Source of the DNA: Bdellovibrionales bacterium | GTDB taxonomy: Bacteria; Bdellovibrionota; Bacteriovoracia; Bacteriovoracales; Bacteriovoracaceae | DNA length: 28,585 nt | Assembly (NCBI GenBank): GCA_023250775.1 | Contig: JAHFAA010000002.1 | Coordinates: forward strand, 1-28,585 | Direction of reading: 5' to 3' | Notes under the pieces: generated by a model | Database searches by the model: none | Told to the model about the DNA's origin: nothing | The model's input: only the letters and a program-made list of their open reading frames with translations | Shown: piece by piece, positions 26,775 to 28,585 of the stretch | Position numbering within the stretch: the first letter of the stretch is position 1 | How the letters are laid out: each line of letters starts with the position of its first letter | Program-made: the position numbers and the translations under genes

Positions 26775-27984
26775 AACAACCTTATACCATCTTACCTATG
26801 CATCGCTGATTGTCCTAAGTCTTGGCATCTTTACTTCTGTTTCGTTTACAGCTTTGGCGCATATTTTTCTTGTGATCCCTGGCGTATATTTTTGTTTTAA
26901 AAATTATAGATCAGTGAAATTCAGCAAGACATCTTGGGCCTTGCTAGGCGTCGTTGTGACAATTGTGCTTTCATTAATTTTTAATTTGGATATTGTGCCT
27001 AGACCTTGGGCGACTTTATTGAAAATTAAATATTTTGTTATTCCTTTGCTTGGAGTTTGTGCTCTTCATGCTATTCCGCCTAAGTATTTCACCAACAGAC
27101 GAATCAGTATCGTGCTTAATCTTTTCCTTTTTGCAACTACCGTCGCCTCCCTGTCAGGCATTGTCGCTTATTACACCGGATATAATTATCTGCGAGGGAA
27201 GGCCAGTTGCCATCCCGATCGTGCTTGTGGCCTCTACGGAATGTACATGACCTACGGTTATGGTCTTTCGCTCTTTATGGTGTTGCTGACCGGTATTCTT
27301 CTTTATCGTGATGAAGTGAAGAAGTGGATTCCTACATGGTGGATGGGCCTGGCGTTTGCCATCAATTTACTTGGCCTCTATCTCGCCTTCTGTCGCGGCG
27401 GATGGATCGGGTATGCCGTTGCCTTGCCCTGTTTTTTTCTGAAAAAAAATAAAAAAATGATCATGGCCTTGGTAACAATTTCAGTCTTCCTTGTTATCCT
27501 CGCATTCAATTTTTTTGCACCTCTGAAACAAATGGCGGCCAATCGCGAAGGTTCCAATGCTCAACGAATTTCCTTTGCTCAGACGGCGATCGTGGCCTTT
27601 AAAGAGCGACCCTTTTTTGGTTGGGGCTATCGAAATTTTGAGCCCAATGTTAAGGCCTTAAAAGAAAAGTACAATATTGATCATAAATATTTTGGTGGGC
27701 ATGCTCATAATAATTATCTGGAACATCTGGCCTCGACAGGAATTTTTGGTTGTATTGCCTTGGTAATTTTTAGTTTGTTATGGGCCTATGAGAATTATAA
27801 ACGAGATGATTTGGTTTCGCGGTTAACTTTTCCCTTTGCTATTTCATTTATAGTATCGGGACAATTTCAGTACACGTTTGGTGATGGCGAAAATATTTTT
27901 TTGATCATGGCCGTGTTCATGATTTCAGAGGCGACATCAGTAGGCGTTTTTACTCAGAAGTCCTTTCCAGAAAGTCAGAAATAA
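26767..27984 (+). CDS. O-antigen ligase / O-oligosaccharyltransferase (WaaL/Wzy_C) family membrane protein
   Basis: About 10-12 hydrophobic segments, RACGLYG, AFCRGGWIG, SNAQR, PFFGWGYRNF and HAHNNYLEHLASTGIFG. Confidence 0.88.
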   Translation: MLETTLYHLTYASLIVLSLGIFTSVSFTALAHIFLVIPGVYFCFKNYRSVKFSKTSWALLGVVVTIVLSLIFNLDIVPRPWATLLKIKYFVIPLLGVCALHAIPPKYFTNRRISIVLNLFLFATTVASLSGIVAYYTGYNYLRGKASCHPDRACGLYGMYMTYGYGLSLFMVLLTGILLYRDEVKKWIPTWWMGLAFAINLLGLYLAFCRGGWIGYAVALPCFFLKKNKKMIMALVTISVFLVILAFNFFAPLKQMAANREGSNAQRISFAQTAIVAFKERPFFGWGYRNFEPNVKALKEKYNIDHKYFGGHAHNNYLEHLASTGIFGCIALVIFSLLWAYENYKRDDLVSRLTFPFAISFIVSGQFQYTFGDGENIFLIMAVFMISEATSVGVFTQKSFPESQK

Positions 27985-28585
27985 AATTTTTATATCCAAC
28001 CATAGTGACCAGTTTTTGATGTAGTAGATATCGCATTCGATGCGTTTGTTTAAGCTGGTATCACCGCGCCAGCCATTGATTTGGGCCCAGCCCGTCATTC
28101 CCGCCTTCATCTTATGTCTGAGCATATAAAGTGGAATTTCATGTTTAAATTTTTCCACAAAAAAAGGCTGCTCTGGTCGTGGCCCTACCAGACTCATGTC
28201 TCCTACAAAAACGTTCCAGATTTGGGGTAATTCATCGAGTGAGGTTTTACGCAAAAACGAACCAACCTTAGTTTTGCGAGGATTATTGGGATTGCTCCAC
28301 TCAGAGGTATCTTCTCCCTCTTTGGCAACTTTCATAGTTCGGAATTTCCACATGGTGAACATCTTCCCATCTAATCCCATTCTCTTTTGACCAAAGAGCA
28401 GTGGGCCGGGAGAAGAAATTTTCACTAAAGCAGCCAGAAGAAGCAGGAGAGGTGAAATTAAGATTAACCCGATGAAGGTCAAGAAAAAGTCAAAAGCGCG
28501 CTTCAAAATTAGATCAATAGTGTTGAGTTTGGGCTGATTCATGGTGAGCAGTGGAACACCGGCAAAATCTTCAATTTCGTGGCCG
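27937..28585 (-). CDS. Undecaprenyl-phosphate glycosylphosphotransferase (WcaJ/GumD family), 5' partial
   Basis: The frame stays open past ATG 28542 to the window end (GHEIEDFAGVPLLT...). Motifs KRAFD, WKFRTM, SLDELPQIWNV, MSLVGPRPE, GMTGWAQING and DIYYIKNWSLWLDIKIL. Confidence 0.93.
   Translation of the reverse strand, partial: GHEIEDFAGVPLLTMNQPKLNTIDLILKRAFDFFLTFIGLILISPLLLLLAALVKISSPGPLLFGQKRMGLDGKMFTMWKFRTMKVAKEGEDTSEWSNPNNPRKTKVGSFLRKTSLDELPQIWNVFVGDMSLVGPRPEQPFFVEKFKHEIPLYMLRHKMKAGMTGWAQINGWRGDTSLNKRIECDIYYIKNWSLWLDIKILFLTFWKGLLSKNAY

Overview
This window is gene-dense, AT-rich (about 40% GC by eye) bacterial chromosome. The overall gene set and the hypothetical proteins suggest Bdellovibrionota, probably Bacteriovoracia-like (inferred from recall, not from a search). 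In order it holds: the polA 3' end; groES-groEL with a strong terminator; a four-gene block (three hypotheticals and a SAM methyltransferase with an apparent signal peptide); and a tightly coupled ABC run (peptide SBP + two YejB/YejE-type permeases with no ATPase, fused to a BtuF/C/D-like importer). It continues with an HtrA protease, psd, an EEP phosphatase, a membrane-anchored hypothetical, a coupled HTH + winged-helix pair, an L-2-hydroxyglutarate-oxidase-like flavoprotein, metH, metF, a DcsG-like ATP-grasp enzyme and a second methyltransferase. It ends in a surface-glycan locus (GT4, UDP-glucuronate decarboxylase, galE, O-antigen-ligase-like protein, partial WcaJ-type phosphoglycosyltransferase). 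I saw no rRNA, tRNA, CRISPR array or mobile element. The most notable signals are: a repeated promoter-like motif (STTYYAAA-N16-CATAAT) that ends exactly at SD-less ATGs in the unknown block; the apparently exported methyltransferase; a Bacteroidota-like B12 uptake and methionine module with no room for riboswitches; an uncharacterised two-regulator cassette; and a possible xylose-containing O-glycosylation locus. All family calls come from motif recognition; no database searches were run.
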